The position numbers and the translations under genes were made by a program. Source: Bryobacteraceae bacterium (GTDB lineage: Bacteria; Acidobacteriota; Terriglobia; Bryobacterales; Bryobacteraceae). From it: DNA of 64,000 nucleotides. Below, piece by piece: positions 18,747 through 28,558 of this stretch (the first letter of the stretch is position 1; the number at the start of each line of letters is the position of its first letter). The notes beneath the pieces were generated by a model. That model saw only the letters and a program-made list of their open reading frames with translations, was not told the origin of the DNA and did not search any database. The stretch is from NCBI GenBank assembly GCA_036489835.1, contig DASXEY010000110.1, positions 7,146 through 71,145 on the forward strand, given 5' to 3'.

Positions 18747-19892
18747 TTGGTTCGTGCTATCCAACCACGTTTGCTTTCGGGTGCGGAGCAAATCTGGACT
18801 GCGGAGTTGCTGTCGAAGCCCTCCGAAATCGCGGCCCTCGCCGGACGCGCCGCGCCCCTTCTGGAATCTCGGGGAGCCACCGAAGGACCTCGTTTTTTCC
18901 TGGCTTCGATCGCGCCTGGTTTATGGATCCCCCGCGTGGTGGTGGTCAAGCGGGGGCGAAAGATCGAGGGCATCGTCTATACCAAAGAGCGGAAATTAGC
19001 CGGACTTCCCACTGGGATTCTTTACGGACACTCCACTTTGGGAACCTTGGTTGTAGCCGAACCCGGGCTACACGGAGCGGTTTTGGAGGAGGCCCTGAAC
19101 TTCCTGCTGGCCTCCAAGCGGACCCATGGAATCCGTATGCTGGTTCCGCCGCAGGGATTCGAGCAGGCGATCTGCGAACGCGTGGTTGCGCGCAGCCAAG
19201 GCTCACGGAATCAAGTAGAAATTTCGCAGCGGCCGGACACGAGTCACCAGGTAGTGCCCCTGCCTGCCTCTTACGAATCCTTTCTCAACTCCTTGAGCTA
19301 CAAAGCGCGGCGAAACATGCGCTACTACAGGCGGCGCTACGAGGCCGCCGGGCATCGCTACGTGGAGCGAATGGATCTGGCCGAGTTCCGCCGCGTCGCC
19401 GGCCGTCTTTTGGAAAAACCGCTCATGGGTGCGACGCGCGATGCAGTAACGCGGGCCCTGAGCATGTTCTCCGAAGCGGACCACCCTCTGCTTGCCGGCC
19501 TGCGCCGCGCCGATGGAGAGTGGGTTTCGATCCTGGGAGGATGGTGCGAAGGCAATAACGCAATCGTAGTCTTTCAGATGAACAACGACCACGATTACGG
19601 AACCGAATCGCTATCGGTGGTATTGCGCGCGTATTTCATCGAGAGCCTCATTTCCAGAGGCTATCGCCAGGTATTTTTCTGGGGCGGAGTGGGTGGCCCG
19701 GTAGCGCGCGGCGCCCAGCCTTATCCTTCTGTCACCGTGTCGCTGGACGCCGGAACACTCCGGTGGAGGGCGCTGCGCCGATTGTTCGTTATTCTCGCGC
19801 CTCGCTTGCCCCGACGCATCCGCTGGGCGGTGGAGTGGGTTGCTCCCGCGCCCACGGACGCGCCTGCTTCGGCTGTCCCAGAATTGACCTAG
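18747..19892 (+). CDS. GNAT-fold acetyltransferase (CelD/BioF2-like, Acetyltransf_6 type)
   Basis: ORF 18729-19892. GGAGGA at 18735-18740 favours the TTG start at 18747. SYKARRNMRYYRRRYE and the C-terminal FQMNND...LRAYFIE resemble CelD-like GNAT proteins. Confidence 0.65.
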   Translation: MVRAIQPRLLSGAEQIWTAELLSKPSEIAALAGRAAPLLESRGATEGPRFFLASIAPGLWIPRVVVVKRGRKIEGIVYTKERKLAGLPTGILYGHSTLGTLVVAEPGLHGAVLEEALNFLLASKRTHGIRMLVPPQGFEQAICERVVARSQGSRNQVEISQRPDTSHQVVPLPASYESFLNSLSYKARRNMRYYRRRYEAAGHRYVERMDLAEFRRVAGRLLEKPLMGATRDAVTRALSMFSEADHPLLAGLRRADGEWVSILGGWCEGNNAIVVFQMNNDHDYGTESLSVVLRAYFIESLISRGYRQVFFWGGVGGPVARGAQPYPSVTVSLDAGTLRWRALRRLFVILAPRLPRRIRWAVEWVAPAPTDAPASAVPELT

Positions 19893-19986
19893 ACTTTCTA
19901 CCTTCCCGCACCCCCATCCACCGTAGCCGGATTGCATCTACGGCCACAAGTCCAATCCGCTCAATGGCATAGGCCTCCATAACGTA

Positions 19987-20016
19987 TTGACAAAAAAGTG
20001 AAAACCGCCTTATATT
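19987..20016 (+). promoter_or_regulatory. sigma70-like promoter (TTGACA-18 nt-TATATT) for receptor gene 20124-23564
   Basis: -35 at 19987-19992 and -10 at 20011-20016. The whole region is duplicated upstream of the second receptor gene (23861-23889). Confidence 0.55.
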
Positions 20017-20123
20017 TGGGCCATTGAAAACTTAGCCGGTCCTCCGGGCATCCACAGCCCAGGGCCGGCAGCCAAGTCGCTTTTGTTTTGTTGTTTGGCA
20101 ATCGCCAAGGAGGAGAACGGAAC

Positions 20124-23100
20124 ATGCGCAAAGGCATTCAGGGGTTGGTAGCTCTATTTTTGATCTCCGGTGCTTTCACTCTTCGGGGCGATGAACTGAT
20201 CGCCCATATCCGCGGAACGGTGACAGATCCATCTTCGGCCCGCGTTCCAGGGGCGCAAGTCGTGGCCACCAACACGGATACGAAGGTGTCGACAACAATC
20301 ACATCCGGCTCCGATGGGACGTTCGAGTTTCTCAGCCTCCCGGTCGGCCCCTACGATGTCACGATATCGAAGGCCGGATTCAAGACGTCCACGACGCATC
20401 ACATCGTCCTGCAACTCAACCAGGTCTACAATCTGCCGGTAACGCTGCAAATCGGTCAAACGACGGAAACCGTGCAGGTGGATGCCGATCTGGTTCAAGT
20501 GGAGACGAACGTCACGCAGATGGGCACGGTGATGGAGAACCAGCAGATTGTCGACCTCCCGATCCTGGATCGGAATTGGTTGACGCTCCAGCAATTGGTT
20601 CCCGGCGCGGTGGGAGCAAGCGACCGGTTCGGTTCCTCCGGGGGACTCACGTTTTCGACGAACGGCCAGGAATCCCAGCAGAACTCGTTTTTGGTGAATG
20701 GCGCGGACACGATGGACCTGCGCTTGAATCAGGCGCTAATGACACCCAGCGAGGATGCCATTGGGGAGTTCAATCTAATCGACAGCACCATCAACCCCGA
20801 GTATGGCCGCAATTCGGGCGCAATCATGAACGTCATCCTGAAATCCGGCACCAACGAATTTCATGGAACGGCTTTTGAGTTCTACCGCGATACATTCCTG
20901 AACACCCGGAATTTCTTCCAGCCCGCCCCACAGATCTTTCACCAGAATCAATTCGGCGGGGTCCTGGGCGGGCCCATCGTCAGGAATCATCTCTTCTTCA
21001 TGATTTCGTACCAGGGCACCTACAACCGGGCGCCGGACGACAACTCTCAGGAGAGCTCTGTTCCGGTCTTTTCGCAGGCTCAGCGGAACGGCTATTTCCC
21101 GGACATCGCGCAGTCGACCAACACCTCTCCGATTCCTCTGGTCGCTTCGAACGGAGCCACCATGGCCGCGGGAACGCCGTACAATATTTTGTTTCCGGCC
21201 GGGCAAATACCAACGCAGGACTTCAACCCGCTTTCCGTGTCGCTGATGAATAAGTACGTGCCGCTTCCCAACCAGTCCGGGAATTTGTTCGGATACGATG
21301 CCGTCGAGGCGCAAAAGGGGAACCAGGGTATTGCCCGCATTGACGAAACCGTCAGCAATACGGACACGATCTGGGGATCGCTGTACCTGGAACACATTCC
21401 AACGATTCACGATCTGCCATTCATCGGAGCGACACTGCCGGGCTTCGGCGAAACCGACGCTCAGTTTACCTCGCAATTCATCGGCGCTTGGAACCACACC
21501 TTCAATTCGAATACTTTAAACGAGCTGCGCTTCTCCTTCACAAGGTTCAACTACGATGCGGTGGCTCCGACGAACCCGGCCTTGCCAAGCACGTTCGGAT
21601 TCCAAGGCATCACGCCCGAGTTCCCCAACAACGCCAGCATGCCCTTCGTCAACGTTTTGGGCTATTTCAATTTGGGTTTCAGTCCGGACGGCCCGCAGCC
21701 GGTGATCGAGAACACCTATCAGCTGGATGACAACTTTTCCAAGGTTCACGGGGATCACACTATGAAGTTCGGCTTCGACGGTCGCCGCTATGAGGTGGAC
21801 AACCCGTTTGAAGCGGTGAACAACGGAGAATTCTCCTTCGATGGCGCCGGGCAGTACAGCACCGGCGATCCGGGCGCGGATTTTCTGCTGGGTTTCCCGG
21901 ATTCCTTCGTCCAGCAGAGCGGCGGTGTCCAAGACTTCCGTTCCTATGAAATCTACCTGTACGCGCAGGATAGTTGGAAGATCAAGCACAACCTGACGCT
22001 CAATTACGGGGCCGGCTATCAGATCGACACCCCGCTCACCAACCAGCACTTTAACAAGCTCGACAATAACTGCTTCATTCCCGGGCAGCAATCGGTTATT
22101 TTCCCGACGGCTCCCGTGGGCTTGGACTTCCCCGGCGACAAGGGCTGCAGCACCTCGGGTTACTACTCACGCTACGATCACATCGCGCCGCGCTTCGGGT
22201 TTGCATGGTCTCCCAGCGGGGGCGGACACCTTACAGGCGGCGGGCAGAAGTTCGTGGTCCGCGGCGGCTTTGGAGTGTATTTCGACCGCACCGAGGAGGA
22301 ACTCGGGCTCCAGCAGTTGAGCGCGGCCCCGTTTTTGATCTCCAGCTTCGGCGCGTCGAACATCGGCGGCAGCCCCAGCTTTACTAATCCCTATGTGGAT
22401 ATTGCCGGCGGGGGCACCGCGCCCAGTCCCTTCCCGTTCGTGGCGCCCACCAAAGGGCAATCCGTCAATTTCTCGGCGTTCGAACCCTTCGACATTAACG
22501 TAGTCAATCCGAATCTAACCGATCCGTATTCGATGAATTTCAATCTGAACGTGCAGCGGCAACTGCCGAGCTCGATGATCCTGCAAGTGGCTTATGTCGG
22601 CTCGCTGAGCCGGCATCTGGAGATGGCGTACGAAGGGAATCCGATCTCGCCCGCCGGACAAGCCGCCTGCGCCGCCAATCCCACCTGTATCAGCGAGCGT
22701 GCGAGCCAGGCCATCGCTTTCCCGAGTCACACGTTGTATGAGCCAGGCAACGAGTTCGTCTCGGTGGGCACGCAGGCAACCCGCGGCAATTCCGAATACA
22801 ACTCGCTCCAACTCAGCTTGAACAAGCGCATGTCGCATGGCTTGCAGTTTCTGGCGGCGTACACTCTCAGCCACTCGATTGACGACACTTCGGGTTATGA
22901 AAGCTCCGGCGGGGCCGCCGGCTTCGGCGTTTTCCGGGCCCCCAATCCCTATCAGCTGGAATCGTCATTCCGGGGCGACTCGTCTTTCGATGCCAGGAAC
23001 CGCTTCGTCTTCAGCGCGGTTTGGGACATTCCGTCAGCCAGCAAGCGCTGGAATAATGCATTTTCGCGGTATGTTCTGGATGGCTGGAAACTCACCGGCA

Positions 23101-23564
23101 TTGAAACTTTGCAATCCGGCTTCCCGATCCTGATCTTCGATCAAAGCCTCAATTCGCTCAGTTGTAATGCCGGGTTCCCGGTGGTTTATTATGCGTGCTG
23201 GGACACGCCGAACGTGGTCGGGCCTGTCACCACTTACAACCCGCGTACTTCTCCAAACCACGAATACTTCAATCCCGCTGCATTCAGCGACGAGAATATC
23301 GGACAGATAGGAAACGAAGGCCGAAACAACTTCCACGGCCCGGGTATCAACAATACCAACCTTTCTCTGATCAAGGACATCAAGTTCACGGAGATCCGGC
23401 GGTTGGAGTTGCGCTTGGACAGCTTCAATACCTTCAATCACACGCAGTTCGAAATGGAGTCCGGCAGTTTGCAGTACTCGGACTTCAACTCAGCCAATTT
23501 CGGAGAAGCGCTTAGCGCGGCACAACCACGCATCGTGCAACTGGCCGCGAAGTTCTACTTTTAG
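20124..23564 (+). CDS. TonB-dependent receptor with N-terminal carboxypeptidase-regulatory-like domain
   Basis: ATG at 20124 follows AAGGAGGAG. Signal peptide MRKGIQGLVALFLISGAF, a CarboxypepD_reg-like block (GTVTDPSSARVPGAQVVATN...GPYDVTISKAGFK), long beta-barrel-type sequence and a terminal aromatic (KFYF). Confidence 0.9.
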   Translation: MRKGIQGLVALFLISGAFTLRGDELIAHIRGTVTDPSSARVPGAQVVATNTDTKVSTTITSGSDGTFEFLSLPVGPYDVTISKAGFKTSTTHHIVLQLNQVYNLPVTLQIGQTTETVQVDADLVQVETNVTQMGTVMENQQIVDLPILDRNWLTLQQLVPGAVGASDRFGSSGGLTFSTNGQESQQNSFLVNGADTMDLRLNQALMTPSEDAIGEFNLIDSTINPEYGRNSGAIMNVILKSGTNEFHGTAFEFYRDTFLNTRNFFQPAPQIFHQNQFGGVLGGPIVRNHLFFMISYQGTYNRAPDDNSQESSVPVFSQAQRNGYFPDIAQSTNTSPIPLVASNGATMAAGTPYNILFPAGQIPTQDFNPLSVSLMNKYVPLPNQSGNLFGYDAVEAQKGNQGIARIDETVSNTDTIWGSLYLEHIPTIHDLPFIGATLPGFGETDAQFTSQFIGAWNHTFNSNTLNELRFSFTRFNYDAVAPTNPALPSTFGFQGITPEFPNNASMPFVNVLGYFNLGFSPDGPQPVIENTYQLDDNFSKVHGDHTMKFGFDGRRYEVDNPFEAVNNGEFSFDGAGQYSTGDPGADFLLGFPDSFVQQSGGVQDFRSYEIYLYAQDSWKIKHNLTLNYGAGYQIDTPLTNQHFNKLDNNCFIPGQQSVIFPTAPVGLDFPGDKGCSTSGYYSRYDHIAPRFGFAWSPSGGGHLTGGGQKFVVRGGFGVYFDRTEEELGLQQLSAAPFLISSFGASNIGGSPSFTNPYVDIAGGGTAPSPFPFVAPTKGQSVNFSAFEPFDINVVNPNLTDPYSMNFNLNVQRQLPSSMILQVAYVGSLSRHLEMAYEGNPISPAGQAACAANPTCISERASQAIAFPSHTLYEPGNEFVSVGTQATRGNSEYNSLQLSLNKRMSHGLQFLAAYTLSHSIDDTSGYESSGGAAGFGVFRAPNPYQLESSFRGDSSFDARNRFVFSAVWDIPSASKRWNNAFSRYVLDGWKLTGIETLQSGFPILIFDQSLNSLSCNAGFPVVYYACWDTPNVVGPVTTYNPRTSPNHEYFNPAAFSDENIGQIGNEGRNNFHGPGINNTNLSLIKDIKFTEIRRLELRLDSFNTFNHTQFEMESGSLQYSDFNSANFGEALSAAQPRIVQLAAKFYF

Positions 23565-23577
23565 CCCCATGGTGAAG

Positions 23578-23770
23578 GATAGGCGAAACCGCCTGGTCAC
23601 CACGCAACATAAGTCCGGGGCCGGATACGTCCGGGCCGGCATTTAGCCCGCGAAGGGCCGGGATCCCGGCCCTCAAGTTCCACCCGCGACAGCTCCACCC
23701 ATGGCCGCGACGCAGGCTCCCTTTTGCGGGCTGTTGCTTAGGAGCTTGGCAGGCATCAGCCTGTCTGGCT
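23578..23770 (+). repeat. mosaic copy of the GC-hairpin repeat family
   Basis: Contains AGGCGAAACCGCCTGG (23581-23596), the perfect 18-nt palindrome GGGCCGGGATCCCGGCCC (23655-23672), GGCCGCGACGCAGGCTCCCTTTT (23703-23725) and GGCAGGCATCAGCCTGTC (23748-23765). Confidence 0.7.
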
Positions 23771-23860
23771 TAGCGTGGTCCCCGTTATAACCACTCCCCG
23801 GCCCCCTTAGTGTTCCTGCACTTCTCTCTTCACAAAAAAACAGCTTACAGACAAAATATA

Positions 23861-23889
23861 TTGACAAGATAGTAACAATAGCCTATATT
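23861..23889 (+). promoter_or_regulatory. sigma70-like promoter (TTGACA-17 nt-TATATT) for receptor gene 24146-27499
   Basis: -35 at 23861-23866 and -10 at 23884-23889, with an A-rich tract upstream. Paralogous to 19987-20016. Confidence 0.55.
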
Positions 23890-23978
23890 TAGGCCATCAG
23901 TACCTTGCCGGGGTACTTAGCCCGGCGGCCAAGTCGCTTTTGTTTTGATGGTGGGAAAAACGCCAGGAGAAACGGAAC

Positions 23979-24122
23979 ATGCGCGGTGCCATTCGGGGGG
24001 TAGTTCTCTTCCTTCTCTCTCCTCGATTCGTTAGAGGGGTGACTTCAATCACAGTTCTTCAAATACGAAGGCGGAGCCTTGTTCCCCGGCAGGCGACGGC
24101 ATTGATTTCTTTTGGGTTTTGA
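23979..24122 (+). other. 47-codon upstream ORF / relic of a duplicated receptor signal-peptide start
   Basis: ATG at 23979 follows CAGGAGAAACGGAAC, as at the 20124 start. MRGAIRGVVLFLLS parallels MRKGIQGLVALFLIS of the first receptor, then diverges. It is out of frame with the downstream receptor. Confidence 0.3.
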
Positions 24123-24145
24123 CAACGCGAGAGAGAGGTTCAAAC

Positions 24146-27100
24146 GTGACTCATACCAAACTTGTTACAAGGCTTATTCTCCTCCCCATGGCCTTTTTGA
24201 CAATCCTTTCCGTGGCACTGCTGGGTCAGGCGACGGATAGCAACATTGTGGGAACCATAACAGACGCAACCGGGGCAGCGGTTGCCAACGCGAAGATCAC
24301 GGCGACAAACAAAGACACCGGGGTCAAGTACGACACTGTCTCGAACTCCGCCGGCGAGTATCGTTTGAATAACGTTCCCGTTGGCACCTACGATATTTCG
24401 GCGACGGCCGCAAGCTTTGCTCCTGCCAGTACGGCCGGGGTTCAATTGGAGCTCAATCGCACAGCCTCGGTCAATCTGAAGATGGCCGTGGGTGCGGTGA
24501 CCACAACCGTGGAGGTGACTGAGGCTCCGGCCACGCTCGATACCGACACCTCCCAGATACAAACCACCTGGAATTCCGAAGCTGTCAGGAATCTCGCCGG
24601 CGCGGGCAGTTCCAGGCTAACCGATGGCGCGGGTGTCTATAATCTCAGCTTGGGAAACGCCGGGGTCTCGCTGAGCGGAATCGGCTATGGGACCGGACCC
24701 AGCGTGGCCGGCCAGCGCTCCGAGAACAATACGTTCAGTATCGACGGGGTTAACAACGACGACCATGACGTAACCGGCCCGCTGACCTACGTGTCTAACG
24801 AGGCAGTTGCCCAGATGAGTATCCTGCAGAACCAATTCAGCCCTGAGTTCGGCGGAGCGTCGGGCGGCGTCTTCAACCTGATCGTCAAGAGCGGGACCAA
24901 TCAACTTCACGGCTCCCTTTATGAGTACATGCAGAACCGGAATCTCAATGCCGTGGACAACACACTGGTTCTGAATGGAAACAGGACCAACCCGCGTTTC
25001 GACGACAACCGCTTCGGGGCCACGGTCGGCGGACCCATCGTCAAGGACAAGCTGTTCTACTTCGGCAATTATGAATACAATCCGGTGGGCCAGGCTTCCA
25101 CGCCGAGCGCGCCTGTCTACGCGCCGACCGCGGCTGGCATCAGCCTCCTGAACGGGATGAGCGGGCTGAGCAAGGCCAACCTGGGCATATTCGAGAAATA
25201 CGTTCCGGTCGCGCCCACTGCGGACCCCACCAATCCCATCACCGTCAACGGAGTGAATATTCCGAACGGCCCGCTGACGTTTGCCTCGCCGAACTACAAC
25301 AATGCCTATCACGGAATTGTTTCGACGGACTGGAATATCAGCGGCAAGGACCAATTCCGGGCCCGTTACATTTACGACAAGCTCTCGGAAATCGACAACC
25401 TCGCGGCGCTGCCTATCTTTTATTCCCAGGAGCCGACTCTGAACCAGATGCTGTCGCTCTCTGAGTTCCACACTTTCTCCCCCACCCTGGAGAACGAGAT
25501 TCGGATTTCCTACAGCCGTCATTACAATCAGGTACCGACAGGAAACTTCGCCTTCCCGGGACTGAACGCATTTCCCAATATCAGTGTGGACGAGCTCCAA
25601 TTGCAGCTCGGGCCGGATCCGAATGCGCCCTCGGGCGGAATCCAGAACCTGTTTCAGATTCAGGAGAACATCACCAAAACGATTGGCCGGCACACTTTTA
25701 AGGCAGGCTACAACTTCTCCGACATCATCCTGAGCAGCTTCTTCGTGCAGCGCGTGCGCGGCGATTACGATTACGCGACTCTTCAGGAGTATCTGCTGGA
25801 CCAACAGCCCAGCGGCGGAGACATCAGCGGCGTGTCGGGCGAGCGTACGTTTGGGGCGACCACGGGCGTTCCCGAAGGCTTCCTGCAGAACTCCGCGTTC
25901 GTCAATGACGATTACAAGATTAAGAAGAACCTGACGTTGAACCTGGGCCTGCGCTACGAAGTCGTTACCGTCCCCGTGGCTTCCCGCGCACAGCAGTACA
26001 GCGCGATCGCTGACGTCCCGGGCGTGATCAGCTTCAATAAGCCGAACTATAGCAAGAACGATTGGTCTCCACGTGTCGGCTTCGCCTATTCGCCCGGGAC
26101 CAGCGGCAAGTGGGCGATCCGCGGAGGCGTCGGGCGCTCCTTCGATCTCCCGTACGCAAATCTGAGCGTGAACGCGAACCCGGCCTACTATCAGGTCACG
26201 CAAGATGTGAATCCCGCCAATCCCGTGAGCAATTTCCTTGCGAACGGTGGACTGACGTATACGCCGCCGGCTGCGCAAACGGCTGCCTCTGCGCGATCCT
26301 CGCTTTCCTCCTATACCTGGTATCAGAATCGTCCCTACGCGCTGAACGGATCTCTGGGCGTGCAGCGGCTGCTCGGCAAAGACTACACGCTGGAGGCGCG
26401 ATATATTTACACCAAAGGCGTTCATCTGTACGTCCAAGATCGCTTGAATGTGGTCCCGCAAGTGACGCCCACCAATTACATCCCCACGTTTTTCACCATG
26501 CCTTCGGCCGCTCAATTCGCATCCCTGACCAAGACCCTGGGCAATGCGTCGACACCGGGCACGGTAGAGGGCACCATACCCTACGGGGCGACGCCGCAAA
26601 TCCCGTATAACGATTTGGCTGTGTATGGATTCCAACAAAATCTGGTAGGATTCAATCCCATCGGAGACTCCCGGTACAACGGTTTGGCGCTGCAGGTAAC
26701 CAAGCGCTTCTCGAAGAACTTCCAATATCTGGCCGCGTACACCTGGAGCCACAACCTGGACGATTCCACCGCGACGCTCTTTTCCACGTACTTCACGCCA
26801 CGCCGCGGACAGGACTTCCAGAACCCCGGCGGGGACTGGTCCGATTCGGCGCTCGACCACCGCCAGCGGCTGACCTTCACCCCGATCTACGACATCAAGC
26901 CCTTCCAGGGGTCGAGCTGGTTCCTGAAGAACCTTGTGGGCAACTGGAATCTCTCGGCAACCTACACCTACCAAACCGGGGAGCGAGCCACGGTTCAGAG
27001 CGGTGTCGATTCGAATCTCAATGGAGACAATGCCGGTGACCGCAGCATCATTAACCCGGCCGGCGCAGCTACCGTCGGCACCGGCGTCACTGGGTACAAC

Positions 27101-27499
27101 TCGGCCGGCAAGGCCGTGGCTGCGGGCAGCCCGAGTATCGTCGCGTATGTCGCCAATAATTCCAATGCGCGATATGTGGTCGCGGGAGTGGGCGCTCTTG
27201 CCAACGCCAGCCGCAATACGCTGCTGATGCCGCCCACGGACAACATCGACGCTGCTATCACGAAGCGGTTCGCGATTTCCGAGCGGATGCGCCTTGAATT
27301 CGCCGGGCAGTTCCTGAACCTGTTCAATCACGCCCAGTACACGGGTTCGTGGATCAATGACGTTTCGCCGAATCCAAATCTGGGCGCGGCGCTCGGCCGT
27401 AATGAGCTGGTGCCCAGCAATCCTCTGTTTGGCCAATGGTCGCAGTTCTTCACCAGCAATTCGCGGCAGATCCAGGTAGTGGCGCGGTTCATCTTCTGA
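24146..27499 (+). CDS. TonB-dependent receptor with carboxypeptidase-regulatory-like domain (paralog of 20124-23564)
   Basis: GTG at 24146 is preceded by GAGAGAGAGG; the maximal ORF starts with TTG at 24119. Signal peptide, then GTITDATGAAVANAKITATN...GTYDISATAASF. C-terminal ARFIF. Confidence 0.9.
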   Translation: MTHTKLVTRLILLPMAFLTILSVALLGQATDSNIVGTITDATGAAVANAKITATNKDTGVKYDTVSNSAGEYRLNNVPVGTYDISATAASFAPASTAGVQLELNRTASVNLKMAVGAVTTTVEVTEAPATLDTDTSQIQTTWNSEAVRNLAGAGSSRLTDGAGVYNLSLGNAGVSLSGIGYGTGPSVAGQRSENNTFSIDGVNNDDHDVTGPLTYVSNEAVAQMSILQNQFSPEFGGASGGVFNLIVKSGTNQLHGSLYEYMQNRNLNAVDNTLVLNGNRTNPRFDDNRFGATVGGPIVKDKLFYFGNYEYNPVGQASTPSAPVYAPTAAGISLLNGMSGLSKANLGIFEKYVPVAPTADPTNPITVNGVNIPNGPLTFASPNYNNAYHGIVSTDWNISGKDQFRARYIYDKLSEIDNLAALPIFYSQEPTLNQMLSLSEFHTFSPTLENEIRISYSRHYNQVPTGNFAFPGLNAFPNISVDELQLQLGPDPNAPSGGIQNLFQIQENITKTIGRHTFKAGYNFSDIILSSFFVQRVRGDYDYATLQEYLLDQQPSGGDISGVSGERTFGATTGVPEGFLQNSAFVNDDYKIKKNLTLNLGLRYEVVTVPVASRAQQYSAIADVPGVISFNKPNYSKNDWSPRVGFAYSPGTSGKWAIRGGVGRSFDLPYANLSVNANPAYYQVTQDVNPANPVSNFLANGGLTYTPPAAQTAASARSSLSSYTWYQNRPYALNGSLGVQRLLGKDYTLEARYIYTKGVHLYVQDRLNVVPQVTPTNYIPTFFTMPSAAQFASLTKTLGNASTPGTVEGTIPYGATPQIPYNDLAVYGFQQNLVGFNPIGDSRYNGLALQVTKRFSKNFQYLAAYTWSHNLDDSTATLFSTYFTPRRGQDFQNPGGDWSDSALDHRQRLTFTPIYDIKPFQGSSWFLKNLVGNWNLSATYTYQTGERATVQSGVDSNLNGDNAGDRSIINPAGAATVGTGVTGYNSAGKAVAAGSPSIVAYVANNSNARYVVAGVGALANASRNTLLMPPTDNIDAAITKRFAISERMRLEFAGQFLNLFNHAQYTGSWINDVSPNPNLGAALGRNELVPSNPLFGQWSQFFTSNSRQIQVVARFIF

Positions 27500-27515
27500 T
27501 ATGGAGCGACCTTGT

Positions 27516-27546
27516 CAACCCCCGCGAATTTGAGGGGTTGGTTTTT
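27516..27546 (+). terminator. rho-independent terminator
   Basis: CAACCCC-loop-GGGGTTG followed by GTTTTT, 17 nt after the receptor stop. Confidence 0.7.
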
Positions 27547-27547
27547 C

Positions 27548-27592
27548 GGGCCAGTTCACCCGCTTGCGGGTTGAACTGGCCCGGTTCCTTTT
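27548..27592 (+). terminator. second long hairpin (back-up terminator)
   Basis: GGGCCAGTTCACCCGC-TT-GCGGGTTGAACTGGCCC followed by GGTTCCTTTT. Confidence 0.5.
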
Positions 27593-27707
27593 GAGGAAGG
27601 CAGAGCTGATTTTCGGATCGATTCCAGGCGATTGGGAATGGTCCTCAGTGCCCGGGCCTCACCAGCTCCTATGGTGGCTGGCCGCTCCATCTTGACTGGC
27701 CTGTGGG

Positions 27708-28526
27708 TCAGGCTTTTTTTCGGGCCGCGCGGCTCCTGGCCGCGGGAGGCTTTCCCGCCCTAACCAGCGCCGGTTTGGCGGGGACCTCGGCGCTGGCAGC
27801 CCTGGCTGCTTTTGCCAGCGTTTCCAGGCAATCGCTAACCTTCTCCCGGATCTCGGCCTCAGTCTTTCGAGCGCGGTCCTTCCGGGCACTCTCCTTTTCG
27901 ACGATCGCCCGGAGGAGACATCGAACTCTTTCAACGAAATCGCCAACCGGATAGGCTTTCATCCGTTCGAGATAGTTAGGCGAGCCCTCGACGAAGCCGA
28001 TAAACGGTACCACGAAGCCGCCGGGCGCCGTCGGCGGCTGCTGGCCGCCATTTGTAGGCGGTCCCTCCGCGCTATTTCCATTGCCGTCGCATGGCGTAAG
28101 CCAGAACGCTTCGAAATGAAGCCACGTAATTCGTATCACTCGCAACTCGAACCGGCCCGTCCCTATCACCGGCAGTGTTTTCAGCACCTCCAACTGCTCC
28201 GCGAAGGTCAGGATTTGCACGTCCACCGAGACGCCGGTGAGGATCGGCGGAGAGGTTGGTTTGATGCTGCCAACGTGACACCCGGCATAAAGATCACCGT
28301 CGGCCGCGAGGAACCTCCAACCCGTGGGTATCACGAAATCGGCCAGAGTATCCGCAGGCCCGGCTATTTGGGACACCGCGGCGCGGTTCAGACTCCACCA
28401 CTGCAGTCCGACAAACTTTTTCTGCAGCAGCGACCAGAGCGGTCTGCTGGGATCGATATAATTTCCTAGCCCGGCAGTAAAGGCGCGCATCACCACCGGC
28501 GGAATCGTGGGTATTGTCAAACTCAT
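27708..28526 (-). CDS. orphan hypothetical protein with Lys/Arg/Ala-rich C-terminal tail
   Basis: The ATG at 28526 is preceded by GGAGAAGGA and gives a 272-aa product starting MSLTIPTIPP. It starts 32 nt downstream of the peptidase gene. No motif recognised. The tail is ...AKPALVRAGKPPAARSRAARKKA. Confidence 0.7.
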   Translation of the reverse strand: MSLTIPTIPPVVMRAFTAGLGNYIDPSRPLWSLLQKKFVGLQWWSLNRAAVSQIAGPADTLADFVIPTGWRFLAADGDLYAGCHVGSIKPTSPPILTGVSVDVQILTFAEQLEVLKTLPVIGTGRFELRVIRITWLHFEAFWLTPCDGNGNSAEGPPTNGGQQPPTAPGGFVVPFIGFVEGSPNYLERMKAYPVGDFVERVRCLLRAIVEKESARKDRARKTEAEIREKVSDCLETLAKAARAASAEVPAKPALVRAGKPPAARSRAARKKA

Positions 28527-28558
28527 ATCCTTCTCCTTTGGCTCTCTGGTATTCGCGG

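Noticed and set aside
24617-27436. 939-aa ORF on the minus strand
   Set aside because: It is entirely antisense to the TonB-dependent receptor gene 24146-27499. Its Arg/Gly/Val-rich composition is typical of shadow ORFs in GC-rich DNA. It has no motifs, whereas the plus-strand product has clear receptor features.
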